A DNA stretch of 64,000 bases from Myxococcales bacterium (lineage in GTDB: Bacteria; Myxococcota_A; UBA9042; JABWCM01; BTVJ01), in NCBI GenBank assembly GCA_045863395.1, contig BTVJ01000008.1:96001-160000 (forward strand). The letters are read 5' to 3'. The notes beneath the pieces are model-generated. The model had not been told where the DNA came from. It saw only the letters and a program-made list of their open reading frames with translations, and did no database searches. Each line of letters opens with the position of its first letter. Position 1 is the first letter of the stretch. Shown piece after piece: positions 47,669-55,741 of this stretch. The translations under genes were made by a program, and so were the position numbers.

Positions 47669-49048
47669 ATGGTGCGGCGCGTCCTGGCGCTTGTCGCTCT
47701 GCTCGCGGTCGCCCTCGGGCCTGGCAGCACGGCCCGGGGCGCCCCCCCAGCCAGCGCCGCCCTGGGTGTCCCCACCCTGGATGCCACCGAGTACGGCATG
47801 AACGACGGCGCCTCCTTCGTCATGCCACCCGCGGACGTGGTGGCGCTGGCCAAGGAGCCCGGCGTCGTCCTGTGGCGCTTCCATGGCACAAACTGGATGA
47901 AGACCGGGCGCACCGGCGTGCCGACCACCCTCGACGAGCTGAGCCACGATCACGGGCGCCGCCCCATCTCGGAGCTGGTGGCCGGCTGGCGCGCCGACCT
48001 GGACGGGGACGGGACGCCGGAGGTGCTCCTCGCCGCGGTCGGCGAGGCGGCACGGGGCCGGACACAGTACGGTGCCACGCTGCTGGCCCGCCGCGGCCCG
48101 CGCTGGGAGCTGCTGTTCCACTCCCAGGAGCTGCCGGGCGAGACGTATCAGGTCGAGGACCTGCGGGACCTGGATGGCGACGGGCGCGTGGACGCGATCC
48201 TGAGCGCCAGGGCGGGCACCGCGGACTTCTACACCTCCTGGGCCGTGCTGGCCTTCGATGCCCGGCGGGAGCTGCAGCGCTTCGTGACGCGGCCGCCCGA
48301 CTCCTTGCACCTGATGGACCTGGACAAGGACGGCCGCTTCGAGCTGGTCGTGCGGCACCTGGTGAGCCGCCGGGGCCTCTCGCACTTGTGGACCTTCGTC
48401 GACAAGGTCCTGTCGTGGGATGGGCAGCGCTTCGTCGAGGAGCCGCCCCGCTTCGTGAAGTACCAGGACGAGGTGGTCAAGCGGCGGCTCATCGACGAGC
48501 TCATCGACCACTACGACGGCGACCCGGTGGTGCTGGCCATCAAGTCTGACGTGCTGCGGGACGTGCACGCCAAGGTGCTCGCCGCGTCTGGCAAGCAGCC
48601 CAGCGTGGACCGGCCGGTGGAGCGGTCCCGGGAGCTGGCCAAGGCAGGCCAGCGGGAGCAGGCGGCCAATGTCGTTGCGCGGGCCATCCTCCAGGCCCCC
48701 TATGACGTCGGGGCGCTCCGGCAGGGGGTCAGCGTCGCGCTCCAGCGGGGGCGCTTCGTGGAGGCGCTCCACATGCTCTATGCGCTGCTGGGCATCGTCC
48801 CCGACGACATGCTGGGGTGGCGCCAGATGGGCTTGTGCTTCGCGCAGCTCCACGAGCGCTCGGCGGCCATCGCCTCGTTTCACAACTCGGTGCGCCTGGG
48901 TCAGGACTTCGACGCGCGCCTCGGGGAGCTGCGCCGGGCGACGGTGCGGGAGAGGAGCGCCCCAGTGAAGGCCGCAAAGGTGGCGGCCATCGCCGTGCTG
49001 GAGGGCAAGCCCCTGCCCGACCCGGTGACGGAGCCCTTCGGCGACTGA
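47669..49048 (+). CDS. secreted FG-GAP/VCBS + TPR protein
   Basis: Signal peptide; DLDGDG x2 and DLDKDG; C-terminal TPRs. Confidence 0.82.
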   Translation: MVRRVLALVALLAVALGPGSTARGAPPASAALGVPTLDATEYGMNDGASFVMPPADVVALAKEPGVVLWRFHGTNWMKTGRTGVPTTLDELSHDHGRRPISELVAGWRADLDGDGTPEVLLAAVGEAARGRTQYGATLLARRGPRWELLFHSQELPGETYQVEDLRDLDGDGRVDAILSARAGTADFYTSWAVLAFDARRELQRFVTRPPDSLHLMDLDKDGRFELVVRHLVSRRGLSHLWTFVDKVLSWDGQRFVEEPPRFVKYQDEVVKRRLIDELIDHYDGDPVVLAIKSDVLRDVHAKVLAASGKQPSVDRPVERSRELAKAGQREQAANVVARAILQAPYDVGALRQGVSVALQRGRFVEALHMLYALLGIVPDDMLGWRQMGLCFAQLHERSAAIASFHNSVRLGQDFDARLGELRRATVRERSAPVKAAKVAAIAVLEGKPLPDPVTEPFGD

Positions 49049-49169
49049 CGCGGGATGCCCGTCGCGGCGGCGCTTGTTGAACACGGTGCGACGAAGTCCG
49101 AGTTGACTGGACGATTGCGGCGCGTAAAGTCTCGTGCTTCGAGAGACGGATTGCACCAAGGAGCGAGGA

Positions 49170-49493
49170 ATGATCGAGTTCACGACGGCGGCGGTAGAGA
49201 AGGTCAAGGAGATGGCGCGCAAGGAGAGCCTGGACACCTGCGGCATCCGGGTCATGGTCGTCGGCGGCGGCTGCTCGGGCTTCAGCTACGACATGGACTT
49301 CGAGGAGGCCGAGAAGCCGGGCGACCTCGTCACCGAGCTGGACGGCCTCAAGGTGTACGTGGACTCCATGAGCTACCAGTACCTGGAGGGCACCACGGTG
49401 GACTACGTGGAGACCTTCAGCTTCTCGGGCTTCCACTTCAACAACCCCAAGGCCACGAAGACCTGCGGGTGCGGCTCCTCGTTCAGCGCCTGA
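49170..49493 (+). CDS. A-type Fe-S cluster carrier (IscA/ErpA/HesB family)
   Basis: GGGCSGFSY, NP...CGCGSSF. Confidence 0.95.
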   Translation: MIEFTTAAVEKVKEMARKESLDTCGIRVMVVGGGCSGFSYDMDFEEAEKPGDLVTELDGLKVYVDSMSYQYLEGTTVDYVETFSFSGFHFNNPKATKTCGCGSSFSA

Positions 49494-49585
49494 GCGTTGG
49501 GGGAGCTTCGTTGCGTCCTGGGGCAACCGGTGTAGAATCCGGGGCTCTGACTGCCCCGCACCGAGGGCCCTCACAGGAGCCGCAC

Positions 49586-50368
49586 ATGAAGCCTGTCCGC
49601 CTCTTCGCTCTCTCCGTCTTCTTGCTGGCCGCCTGCCCCGACTCGGGGGCCGTGGTGTCCGGGGGCGGGGTCGACGTCAGCGACGACCAGGTGAACGGCC
49701 CGGCGGTGTCGGACGCGCTCATCTTGAAGAAGCTCGGCGGGGACCCCGATGGGGAGTTGGGCGCCCTGGACGGCGGCTGGGACGGCACCTCCGACGACAT
49801 CACCGTGCAGGACGCGGCCTCGCCGGACGCGGGCGCCCTCATCGATGCGGCCGAGGACGCTGGGGGGACGCCCGACGCCGGACCCGCCCAGGACGGCGGC
49901 CCCAGCGACGGTGGCCCCGTGGACGCGGGCTCCCCGCTGGACGTGGCGCTCCCGCCGGACGTCGCCGACGTCGGCGCGCCGGACGTCGCGGCCCCCGACA
50001 CGGGCCCCGCCCCCGGAGGCACCGCCGCGTGCTTCGCGCTCCTCGGCGCCACCTGCGACAAGCTCGACCAGTGCGCCGGCGAGGTCCCCTTCGGCGGGTC
50101 CCAGTTCGCCCAGTACGCGGCCCAGTGCGAGTCCATCGTCGCCGACCCGGACGGCCAGGTGGAGGATGGCTGCGCGGCGGCCAAGGGCCTCGACGACGTG
50201 ACGCCGGCGGAGGCGGCCGCCTGCGTCGCCTCCTTCGATTGCGGCCTCTCGGGCCTCGGTGCCCTCGCGCAGGCGCTCTATCCTGTCTTTGATGCATGGC
50301 AGAAGAAGGAGGACTTCGGAGGGAAGATCCCCGGGGCGGTGGAGGCGCTGCTCGCCGCCTGCAAGTAG
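49586..50368 (+). CDS. lipoprotein with DAG linker and Cys-rich C-terminus
   Basis: LLAAC lipobox; AGGAG RBS. Confidence 0.8.
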   Translation: MKPVRLFALSVFLLAACPDSGAVVSGGGVDVSDDQVNGPAVSDALILKKLGGDPDGELGALDGGWDGTSDDITVQDAASPDAGALIDAAEDAGGTPDAGPAQDGGPSDGGPVDAGSPLDVALPPDVADVGAPDVAAPDTGPAPGGTAACFALLGATCDKLDQCAGEVPFGGSQFAQYAAQCESIVADPDGQVEDGCAAAKGLDDVTPAEAAACVASFDCGLSGLGALAQALYPVFDAWQKKEDFGGKIPGAVEALLAACK

Positions 50369-50376
50369 GAGGCGCC

Positions 50377-51456
50377 ATGGGCGAGATCCAGGCGGAGGGG
50401 CGAGAGGGGCGCTTCTGGCACCTGCTGGATGACGGCCGCATGCAGTGCGACCTCTGCCCCCGCCACTGCCGCCTCCATGACGGGCAGCGGGCCTTCTGCT
50501 TCGTGAGGCAGCGCCAGGGCGACCGCATGGTGCTGACCACCTGGGGGCGCAGCACGGGCTTCTGCATCGACCCCATCGAGAAGAAGCCGCTCAACCACTT
50601 CCTGCCCGGCACGCCCGTCCTGAGCTTCGGCACCGCGGGCTGCAACCTGGGGTGCCGCTTCTGCCAGAACTGGAACATCTCCAAGTCGCGCGAGGTGGCG
50701 CGCCTGTCGGATCTCGCGCTGCCGGAGCAGATCGCGGACGCCGCCGCGCGCACCGGCTGCCGGAGCGTGGCCTTCACCTACAACGACCCCGTGATCTGGG
50801 CGGAGTACGCAATCGACACGGCGATAGCCGCCCACGAGCGGGGGGTGCGGACGGTCGCGGTCACCGCCGGCTACATCGGGGAGCAGGCCCGAGACGAGTT
50901 CTATTCCCACATGGACGCGGCCAACGTGGACCTCAAGGCGTTCACGGAGACCTTCTACGAGAAGCTGTGCTTTGCGCACCTGGCGCCAGTCCTGGAGACC
51001 CTGGAGTGGATTCACCGGAGCACCGACGTCTGGCTGGAGGTGACCACCTTGCTGATCCCCGGCCACAACGACACCGACGAGGAGCTCCACCGCCTCTCCG
51101 CCTGGTTCGCCGAGCACCTCGGCCCCGACGTCCCCTTGCACTTCACGGGCTTCCACCCGGACTTCAAGATGCAGGACGTGCGGGCGACACAGCCCGCCAC
51201 GCTACGACGCGCCAGGGACATCGCCCGCGGCTACGGCCTCCGTTACGTGTATACGGGGAACGTCCGCGATCCCGAGGGCGACGCCACGCTCTGCCCCGGC
51301 TGCGGCGCCGTCGTCATCCAGCGCGACTGGTACCGGATGGTGCGGTGGGAGCTCCGGGGGAGCGCCTGCGCCGCGTGCGGTACCGAAGTGGCCGGCGTCT
51401 TCGAGGATGCCCCGGGGGGCTGGGGCGCCCGCCGGGAGGCCGTGTTCATTCGTTGA
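50377..51456 (+). CDS. amrS: AmmeMemoRadiSam system radical SAM enzyme
   Basis: CDLCPRHC, DPIEKKPLNHFLPG, GCNLGCRFCQN, TYNDP, YVYTGN. Confidence 0.92.
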   Translation: MGEIQAEGREGRFWHLLDDGRMQCDLCPRHCRLHDGQRAFCFVRQRQGDRMVLTTWGRSTGFCIDPIEKKPLNHFLPGTPVLSFGTAGCNLGCRFCQNWNISKSREVARLSDLALPEQIADAAARTGCRSVAFTYNDPVIWAEYAIDTAIAAHERGVRTVAVTAGYIGEQARDEFYSHMDAANVDLKAFTETFYEKLCFAHLAPVLETLEWIHRSTDVWLEVTTLLIPGHNDTDEELHRLSAWFAEHLGPDVPLHFTGFHPDFKMQDVRATQPATLRRARDIARGYGLRYVYTGNVRDPEGDATLCPGCGAVVIQRDWYRMVRWELRGSACAACGTEVAGVFEDAPGGWGARREAVFIR

Positions 51457-53593
51457 TTGCCCGCTGGGCCGACGCGCCCACCTTCCGCCGCGCGGCGACG
51501 AAGAGCGACTGGGTGACGAGGCTGCGACGGCCGGTGTCCCACCCCAGGTCACCGCGGTCCAGCACGGCGAGGAAGGCGTCGACCACCTCGCGATCCACAC
51601 GGGATGCCTCCGCCGCCGCGCGCGCCTGCTCCAGCCACGAGCGCGCTCCGCCCAGGTCGCCGCGGCCCAGGCGCAGCGACGCGTGCTCCAGGGCCTCCCC
51701 CACCTGGAAGCCGCGGGCGTTCTTGCGCACGGCGAGCTGCTCCCGTGTCTCCTCCCTGGGCAGATTGCGCACGGCGGCGCTCGCCCTCGCCGTGGCGTTG
51801 CCCAGGTTGACCATGTCCTTGTAGCGCAGGGTCACGTCGGCGATCGGCCCTGGCTTGTCCACCCACAGCTCCAGCAGGATGACGTGGCTGTCGCCGCCGT
51901 AGAAGTAGGGGATGACCGTCTGGAGGCCGTCGTCGTCGTCCCCGCGATCTGCGACTACCCCCAGCGTGCGGCTGATGTGTTGGTCGGCGGCCACCTCGCG
52001 GGCCTTGACCTGCGCCACCTCCTGCTGGTCGAGCACGCGGCTGCCCAGGATGCGGATGGCCTCGACCCCCGGCGCCAGGCGGACGTTGACCCGCACGAGG
52101 CGGGCGACCACGCGGGACAGGGCCTCCAGCTCCGTACGCACCGCCTCCCGCGGGTCGCGCCCCTCCAGGCGGTGGTAGTTGCCGTAGCCTGCGTCGTTGA
52201 CCTCCCACCAGAGGCCCGCGCCAGCGCCGGTCTCGATGACGGAGGTGACCATTCCCCGCAACGTCAGCGCGTGCGCGACCTGGCGCGCCGGCCCGACCCG
52301 CCCGCCGTCGAGGCCCCGAGCGACCACCAGCACCGTCTGGGTGCCCGGCAGCGTGGTGCGGTCCTCGGCCGCGCGCCCGAGCAGGTCGCCGGCCATCTCC
52401 ATGGCCCCTGCGAGGGCGCCGTCCGGGGAGCCCGCGACCGTGCCCAGCGCGTCGAAGGCCTGGGCGAGGGGGCCCCGCAGCGTCCTGATGCGGCCGAGGG
52501 GGGCGAGCACCTGCGGCCGCTGCCCTGAGACGATCACTCCCAGGTGGTCTTGAGGGCCGAGCTGGGTCAGGAGCTCGCTGGCCACCGCGAAGGCCATCTC
52601 CGGGTCCTCGTTGTGGGCCGGGCCGTCGATGACCAGCACCACGTCGAGGGGCGGACGCCGCCAGCCGTACCGCTGGCTCCCCTGGAGACCCACCTGCAGA
52701 AGGACGCGCCCGGGCCGCTCCAGGAACCGCTTGTCCACGTCCACGGTCACGCCGATGCCCGCGTCCTCGGGAGGGTCGAAGGGCTGCACGTAGCCCAGGG
52801 CGCGGGAGTGGGGGAGAGGCTCGGCCAGCGCCTCGTCCAGGCGCCGGGCCCGCTCCTGGAAGGCCGCGTCACCGCCCAGGTAGGTGTTCTCGAAGTAGAG
52901 CTTGCGGGGCAGGAACGAGGTGGGGCGGGTCTCCTCGCGCTCCGTCGCCGTGACCTCGGCCTGGTCCAGATCCTCGAGGCCCGTGTCCTTGCCGCGCATG
53001 GTCGCGTTCCGGCGTGGGCCCGCCGCGACGCCCTTGTCCACGGTGCGGTAGCGGCCGTCCTCGACCTGGTTCTGGGCGCGCTCACCTCGGGGCCCCCGGT
53101 CCTTGTCGTCGTCCCACTCGTCTCGCTTGCCAAAGGCGCCGGACTCGTCCTCCTCGTTGACCGGGGCCTTCTCGATGATCGAGGCCTTCTCCGCCTCCTG
53201 CTGGACCTTCTTCTCCGCCTCCCGCCGCACCTGGAGCACGACCTCGTGCTGCCCCGCGCCGATGGTCGCGGGCAGGTCCATGGGCTTCTGCTCCGTCAGG
53301 TAGCCGTCGGTCGTGACGACCACGGGCGGCGGAGCCGGGGCGGCGGGAGCCTCCTTGGCCTTGGACTTCCCGTCCACAGTGGCGACGTTGGTGGCGAAGG
53401 GCTCGGGCTCCTCGGGGGGGAGCTCCCAGTCCCCGGCGGACCCGCCCTGGGGCTTGGGGGCCTCCTCAGCGGCCTTCTCGCCGCTCGCCGCCCGTGGCTC
53501 GGAGGCGCTGGGTGACGAGGCGGGCGGGCTCGAGTCGCTGGACGAGAGGCACCCGGCGAGCACGAGAGAGAAGGCGAGCGCGAGGCGGTTCAT
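51446..53593 (-). CDS. vWA-like lipoprotein, paralog 2
   Basis: LAGC lipobox; RPPLDVVLVID vWA-like strand; highly similar to the next gene. Confidence 0.85.
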   Translation of the reverse strand: MNRLALAFSLVLAGCLSSSDSSPPASSPSASEPRAASGEKAAEEAPKPQGGSAGDWELPPEEPEPFATNVATVDGKSKAKEAPAAPAPPPVVVTTDGYLTEQKPMDLPATIGAGQHEVVLQVRREAEKKVQQEAEKASIIEKAPVNEEDESGAFGKRDEWDDDKDRGPRGERAQNQVEDGRYRTVDKGVAAGPRRNATMRGKDTGLEDLDQAEVTATEREETRPTSFLPRKLYFENTYLGGDAAFQERARRLDEALAEPLPHSRALGYVQPFDPPEDAGIGVTVDVDKRFLERPGRVLLQVGLQGSQRYGWRRPPLDVVLVIDGPAHNEDPEMAFAVASELLTQLGPQDHLGVIVSGQRPQVLAPLGRIRTLRGPLAQAFDALGTVAGSPDGALAGAMEMAGDLLGRAAEDRTTLPGTQTVLVVARGLDGGRVGPARQVAHALTLRGMVTSVIETGAGAGLWWEVNDAGYGNYHRLEGRDPREAVRTELEALSRVVARLVRVNVRLAPGVEAIRILGSRVLDQQEVAQVKAREVAADQHISRTLGVVADRGDDDDGLQTVIPYFYGGDSHVILLELWVDKPGPIADVTLRYKDMVNLGNATARASAAVRNLPREETREQLAVRKNARGFQVGEALEHASLRLGRGDLGGARSWLEQARAAAEASRVDREVVDAFLAVLDRGDLGWDTGRRSLVTQSLFVAARRKVGASAQRAINE

Positions 53594-55741
53594 CTACCTC
53601 TCCATGGCCTTGTTGTCGCCGACCTTGCGCCGCCCCGCCACGAACAGGGATTCGCTGACGGCGTCGCGGCGGGTCTGATCCGCCGTCAGGTCCCCCGCGT
53701 CGAGCGCCTGGGCGAAGGCGTCGATGACCTCCCGGTCCGACGCCGGGGCGTGGGCGGCCGTCTCGCGGGCGCGGCCGAGCCAGGTGCGCGCCCCCTGGAG
53801 GTCGCCCCGCTTCAGGCGCAGCGACGCGTGCTCCAGCTCCTCGCCGATGCGGAAGCCCCGCACGTTGCGCCGCACGGCGAGCTGCTCCGCCGTGTCCTCC
53901 CGCGGCAGGTTCCGCGCCGCCACGCTCGCCCGCGCCGTCGCGTTGCCCAGGTTGACCATGTCCTTGTACCGCAGGGTCACGTCGGCGATGGCCCCGGGCT
54001 TGTCCACCCACAGCTCGATGAGGACCACGTGGCTGTCGCCCCCGTAGAAGTACGGGATCACCGTCTGGAGGCCGTCGTCGTCGTCCCCCCGGTCGGCGAC
54101 CACCCCGAGCGTCCGGCTGATGTGCTGGTCGGCGGCCACCTCGCGCGCCTTGACCCGCGCCACCTCCTGCTCGTCGAGCACCCGGCTGCCCAGGATGCGG
54201 ACCGCCTCGACGCCGGGCGCCAACCGCACGTTGATGCGCACCAGCCGCGCGACAACCCGCGACAGGGACTCCAGCTCGGCGCGCACGGCCTCCCGCGGGT
54301 CCCGCCCGGCGACCTGGTGGTAGTTGCCGTAGCCGGCGTCGTTGACCGCCCACCACAGCCCGTCCCCGGGGCCCGTCTCGATGACGGACGTCACCATGCC
54401 CTTCAGCGTCAGCTCGTGGGCGACGGAGCGGGCAGGCTGCACGCGCGCACCATCCAGCCCCCGCGCGACGACCAGCACCGTCTGGGTGCCGGGCAGCGTG
54501 GCGCGGTCCTCGGTGGCCTTCTCCAGCAGCGCGCCCGCGTGCGTCATGGCCGCGGCCAGGGCCTCGTCGCTGGACGCCGGGATGGCACCGAGGGCATCGA
54601 AGGCCAGCGCCAGCTCGCCCCGGAGGGACCGGATGCGCCCCAGCGGCGCCAGCACGCGGGGCCGCGGACCGGCGACGATGACCGCCAGGTGATCCTGAGG
54701 GCCAAGCTGGGCGAGCAGCTCGCCCGCCACCTGGATCCCCACCTCCGGGTCCTCGGCCAGCGCGGGCCCGTCGAGCACCAGCACCACGTCCAGCGGCGGG
54801 CGGCGCCACCCGTAGCGCAGGCTCCCCTGGAGGCCCACCTGGAGGATGACGCGCCCGCTCCGCTCCAGGAAGCGCCGATCCAGCTCCGCGGTCAGCGACA
54901 GGCCGGCGTCCTCCGGCGGGTCGAAGGGCTGCGCGTAGCCGAGGCTGAGGGTGTGGGGCAGCGGCGCTCCGCCCAGCGACTCGTCCAGGCGCCGCATCTG
55001 CTCGCGGAAGGCCGCGTCCCCGCCCAGGTACGTGTTCTCGAAGTAGAGCTTGCGCGGCAGGAAGGACGCGGGGCGCTCGTCCTTGCCGTCACCGTCATCT
55101 TCCTTCAGCCCCTTCTTGCCGGTCTCGGACCGCTTGTCGGCGTCCGGGACGTGGACGGTGAAGCGCGCCTTCTCTGGCGGCGTGGGGGCGCTCCGCTCCG
55201 TGTCCTCGCTCTCCGCTTCGGGCGCCTCCTCCAGGGGCTCGTCGTCGGCGATCATGTCACCGTCGACGATCCTCGCCTCGTCGATCTGCACGATGCGCCT
55301 CGCCTCCAGGCTCGCCGTGGAGCCGGCGCCATCGCCTCCGAGAGCGAGGGTCCCGTCTATCTCCCCCTGCGCAAAGTCGAGCTCCCCCTTGTGGAAGGCA
55401 GGGGCCTGCGCCTGCTGCCCCTCGAGGGCGCTCAGGCGCGCGTTCACGGCCTCCTGGGCCACCTTCGCCGCGTCCTCCTTGCCTCCGAAGTCGTCTGCCC
55501 CCGGCCTGGCCTCCCCCCCGGCCTCCTTCTTGGACTCCTCCTTGGACTCCGCCCAGCCCATGGGGTCGGCGGCGGGCATGGGCTGGGGGGCGGTGACGGT
55601 CGTGGTCGGCGTCGCCCCCGACGTCGGGGGCTCGTCGGCCAGTGCCCGTGAGGCCTCGGTGGGCCCTCCCTCCTCCACGGACTGCCCCTTGGAGCAGCCC
55701 GCCAGGGCCACGGCGAGAGATACAGCGAGGAAGAGCCTCAT
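53594..55741 (-). CDS. vWA-like lipoprotein, paralog 1
   Basis: MRLFLAVSLAVALAGC; same C-terminal domain; ATGA overlap with upstream gene. Confidence 0.85.
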   Translation of the reverse strand: MRLFLAVSLAVALAGCSKGQSVEEGGPTEASRALADEPPTSGATPTTTVTAPQPMPAADPMGWAESKEESKKEAGGEARPGADDFGGKEDAAKVAQEAVNARLSALEGQQAQAPAFHKGELDFAQGEIDGTLALGGDGAGSTASLEARRIVQIDEARIVDGDMIADDEPLEEAPEAESEDTERSAPTPPEKARFTVHVPDADKRSETGKKGLKEDDGDGKDERPASFLPRKLYFENTYLGGDAAFREQMRRLDESLGGAPLPHTLSLGYAQPFDPPEDAGLSLTAELDRRFLERSGRVILQVGLQGSLRYGWRRPPLDVVLVLDGPALAEDPEVGIQVAGELLAQLGPQDHLAVIVAGPRPRVLAPLGRIRSLRGELALAFDALGAIPASSDEALAAAMTHAGALLEKATEDRATLPGTQTVLVVARGLDGARVQPARSVAHELTLKGMVTSVIETGPGDGLWWAVNDAGYGNYHQVAGRDPREAVRAELESLSRVVARLVRINVRLAPGVEAVRILGSRVLDEQEVARVKAREVAADQHISRTLGVVADRGDDDDGLQTVIPYFYGGDSHVVLIELWVDKPGAIADVTLRYKDMVNLGNATARASVAARNLPREDTAEQLAVRRNVRGFRIGEELEHASLRLKRGDLQGARTWLGRARETAAHAPASDREVIDAFAQALDAGDLTADQTRRDAVSESLFVAGRRKVGDNKAMER

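Noticed and set aside
49095..49130. IscR/Rrf2 operator upstream of the Fe-S carrier
   Set aside because: Only a short AGTC-N6-GACT inversion, not matching the known site arrangement
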